Shown: in pieces, positions 62,533 to 64,000 of the stretch
Layout of the letters: every line of letters starts with the position of its first letter
How positions within the stretch are numbered: the first letter of the stretch is position 1
NCBI GenBank assembly: GCA_963843575.1
Contig: CAWJKZ010000009.1
Span: 64,001-128,000 of the forward strand
Origin: an uncultured Acidobacteriota bacterium
GTDB lineage: Bacteria; Acidobacteriota; UBA6911
Direction of reading: 5' to 3'
Length of the DNA stretch: 64,000 nt
Program-made: the position numbers and the translations under genes
Notes under the pieces: model-generated
The model's database searches: none
Told to the model about the DNA's origin: nothing
The model's input: only the letters and a program-made list of their open reading frames with translations

Positions 62533-63990
62533 TCAGGGCTGCCTCGCCATGGAGCGGCGGCCGGGAGCTGGGTAGTTCTTCGCCACATCATCGAGAACAA
62601 GTACCCAGTCGTGACCTATCCCTCGCGTCGGCGGTTGAAAGCGCGCCTTTCCCGTGTTCGGGAAAACGCCGATTTCGGTTGCAGAGCCATCGCGAGGATT
62701 GAACCACCAACCCCTCAGACTGGCGCCCGAAATCCCCCCCATGTTCAAATCGATCACATTTCCCCCGGTCGAATACACAAACAGGTAGTCGGAGCCTTTA
62801 GTTGCCTGTAACCGGTCGTTAAAAGTCAATGGATCGGCCGCAAGCATGGTTTGGTCGGGAACGCGCATCAACATGGGTCTGGATTCGACCAACCGCCGCA
62901 GGTATTTCATCTGCAACGTACCGGGCCGGTTCAGCGCCTCCTTCCAGTGAGCCGCCGCGATACCGGCATAGGGTTCCACGCTCGGGGACAACAGCAGCAT
63001 CACGCTGAGCTCGCCATAAATGTGTCCGAACGCCCCGGCGAAAACGGCCCAGTAAGCGCGCTTCCGCACGTCGAAGTCTGTTGCCTCGCGATGTCCATTC
63101 CGAATGTGGTTCGGGAGGTTTTCGTACCACGGTTCAGCGTCCAGTACGGGCTTGACCGGCTTTCTATCGTAATCTGCGCTGATCGGTTCGTAAGCAGGGA
63201 CGTCGCTTTGACCCGTCTGGTGCATGTTGAAATCCAGCCAAGGATCATCATGGAACCAGGTAGAAGAGGTTGCACGGCCCGGAGGATGGAAGCTCATAAG
63301 CAGTTTCGTGTAGTCCTCGCTTCCCGAGACTCCGATCGCTGTTCCCCTGGCCATCTTCCGATGAATGCCAAGATGATCCGGGCTATGGTCGGGGCGAATA
63401 TCGCCTCCCATTATCCAAATGATATTGTCGAAGCGGCCGAAGCGTTCGCCCCAGTGACGTGCCACAGACTCACAGTTTTCCGCTGTGACTCGCCCGTCTT
63501 TGCGTCCGCCTTTCAGATGCCATGCTGAGTAAATGGGATTCAGGGCGACATACATTCCCCGGACCGCGGCCTCCTGGAGAAAGAACTCCACATGATCCCA
63601 GAAGTCGTACTCTTCGGGGTTGTCCGGGTTGTTCCCCTTCGTGACGAGCGGCCTGGTGAAGTCGTTGTTCACGTACGGCATGTCACCATATGCATTCGGG
63701 CCTTCCCCTCCCCTTTCCGAAATACCGGAGAGAAAGATCAGGTTGAATTCGTTCGCGAGACGATTGTCCAGGTAATGGATGATTTCCTCCCGATTGAGCA
63801 GATGAACGAAAGTCCACACCGTGTCTCCCAGCAGGAACACAGGCGATCCGTCTGAAGCACGGACCACGTACCGTCCGTTATCGGAGACCTTCAGATTCGT
63901 TGCCGAGGGAGTTTGTTGCGCATCCGAGGGCAGCACAAGACAGGCCAGGGTTGCGGCAAAGACCAGGACGACTATGCTCTTCTTTCGCAT
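62533..63990 (-). CDS. Exported DUF4038/GH140 apiosidase-like protein with putative collagen-binding C-terminal domain
   Basis: Signal peptide; LKVSDNGRY..FLLGDTVW, NIIWIMGGD, WLDFNMHQTG, KPVLDAEPWYE, WWFNPRDG and DWVLVL. Confidence 0.9.
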   Translation of the reverse strand: MRKKSIVVLVFAATLACLVLPSDAQQTPSATNLKVSDNGRYVVRASDGSPVFLLGDTVWTFVHLLNREEIIHYLDNRLANEFNLIFLSGISERGGEGPNAYGDMPYVNNDFTRPLVTKGNNPDNPEEYDFWDHVEFFLQEAAVRGMYVALNPIYSAWHLKGGRKDGRVTAENCESVARHWGERFGRFDNIIWIMGGDIRPDHSPDHLGIHRKMARGTAIGVSGSEDYTKLLMSFHPPGRATSSTWFHDDPWLDFNMHQTGQSDVPAYEPISADYDRKPVKPVLDAEPWYENLPNHIRNGHREATDFDVRKRAYWAVFAGAFGHIYGELSVMLLLSPSVEPYAGIAAAHWKEALNRPGTLQMKYLRRLVESRPMLMRVPDQTMLAADPLTFNDRLQATKGSDYLFVYSTGGNVIDLNMGGISGASLRGWWFNPRDGSATEIGVFPNTGKARFQPPTRGIGHDWVLVLDDVAKNYPAPGRRSMARQP

Positions 63991-64000
63991 TGTGTTTCCT

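Noticed and set aside
1-64000. CRISPR array, tRNA, rRNA or intact prophage
   Set aside because: No regularly spaced repeats, cloverleafs, rRNA motifs or phage structural genes were recognised by eye; a scan was not possible.

Overview
This 64-kb window is about 60% GC and looks like an accessory, heavily reshuffled region of an Acidobacteriota-type genome. That assignment is inferred from duplicated orphan ABC permeases, an ECF sigma/Ser-Thr kinase pair, an Oar-like TonB receptor and a recurrent exported beta-sandwich domain. Intact genes include a panB-panE-panC-coaX operon with a sigma70 promoter and a pan-motif-like leader hairpin, a DUF362-ApbE pair, several exported hydrolases, and Crp, PAS-kinase and PRC regulators. 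They are interspersed with many short gene relics. The strongest signals are mobile elements. (1) Two near-identical inverted copies of an IS110-family (IS1111-like) element both sit in the same 11-bp target, GAAACGGCGTT. Its 3' non-coding end has internal loops matching both that target and the element's own circle junction (bridge/seek-RNA architecture). Its 5' non-coding end carries a second structured region with a target-complementary loop, and an empty site perfectly matching the guides lies at 48977-48987. (2) A 2.45-kb DDE-type IS has 17-bp TIRs and a GATTC target duplication. A group II intron has inserted 1 nt outside its right TIR, and the intron's EBS1 pairs with the TIR end. (3) There is also a truncated IS1634. 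No rRNA, tRNA or CRISPR array was seen. All calls come from reading motifs by eye; no searches or folding were run.
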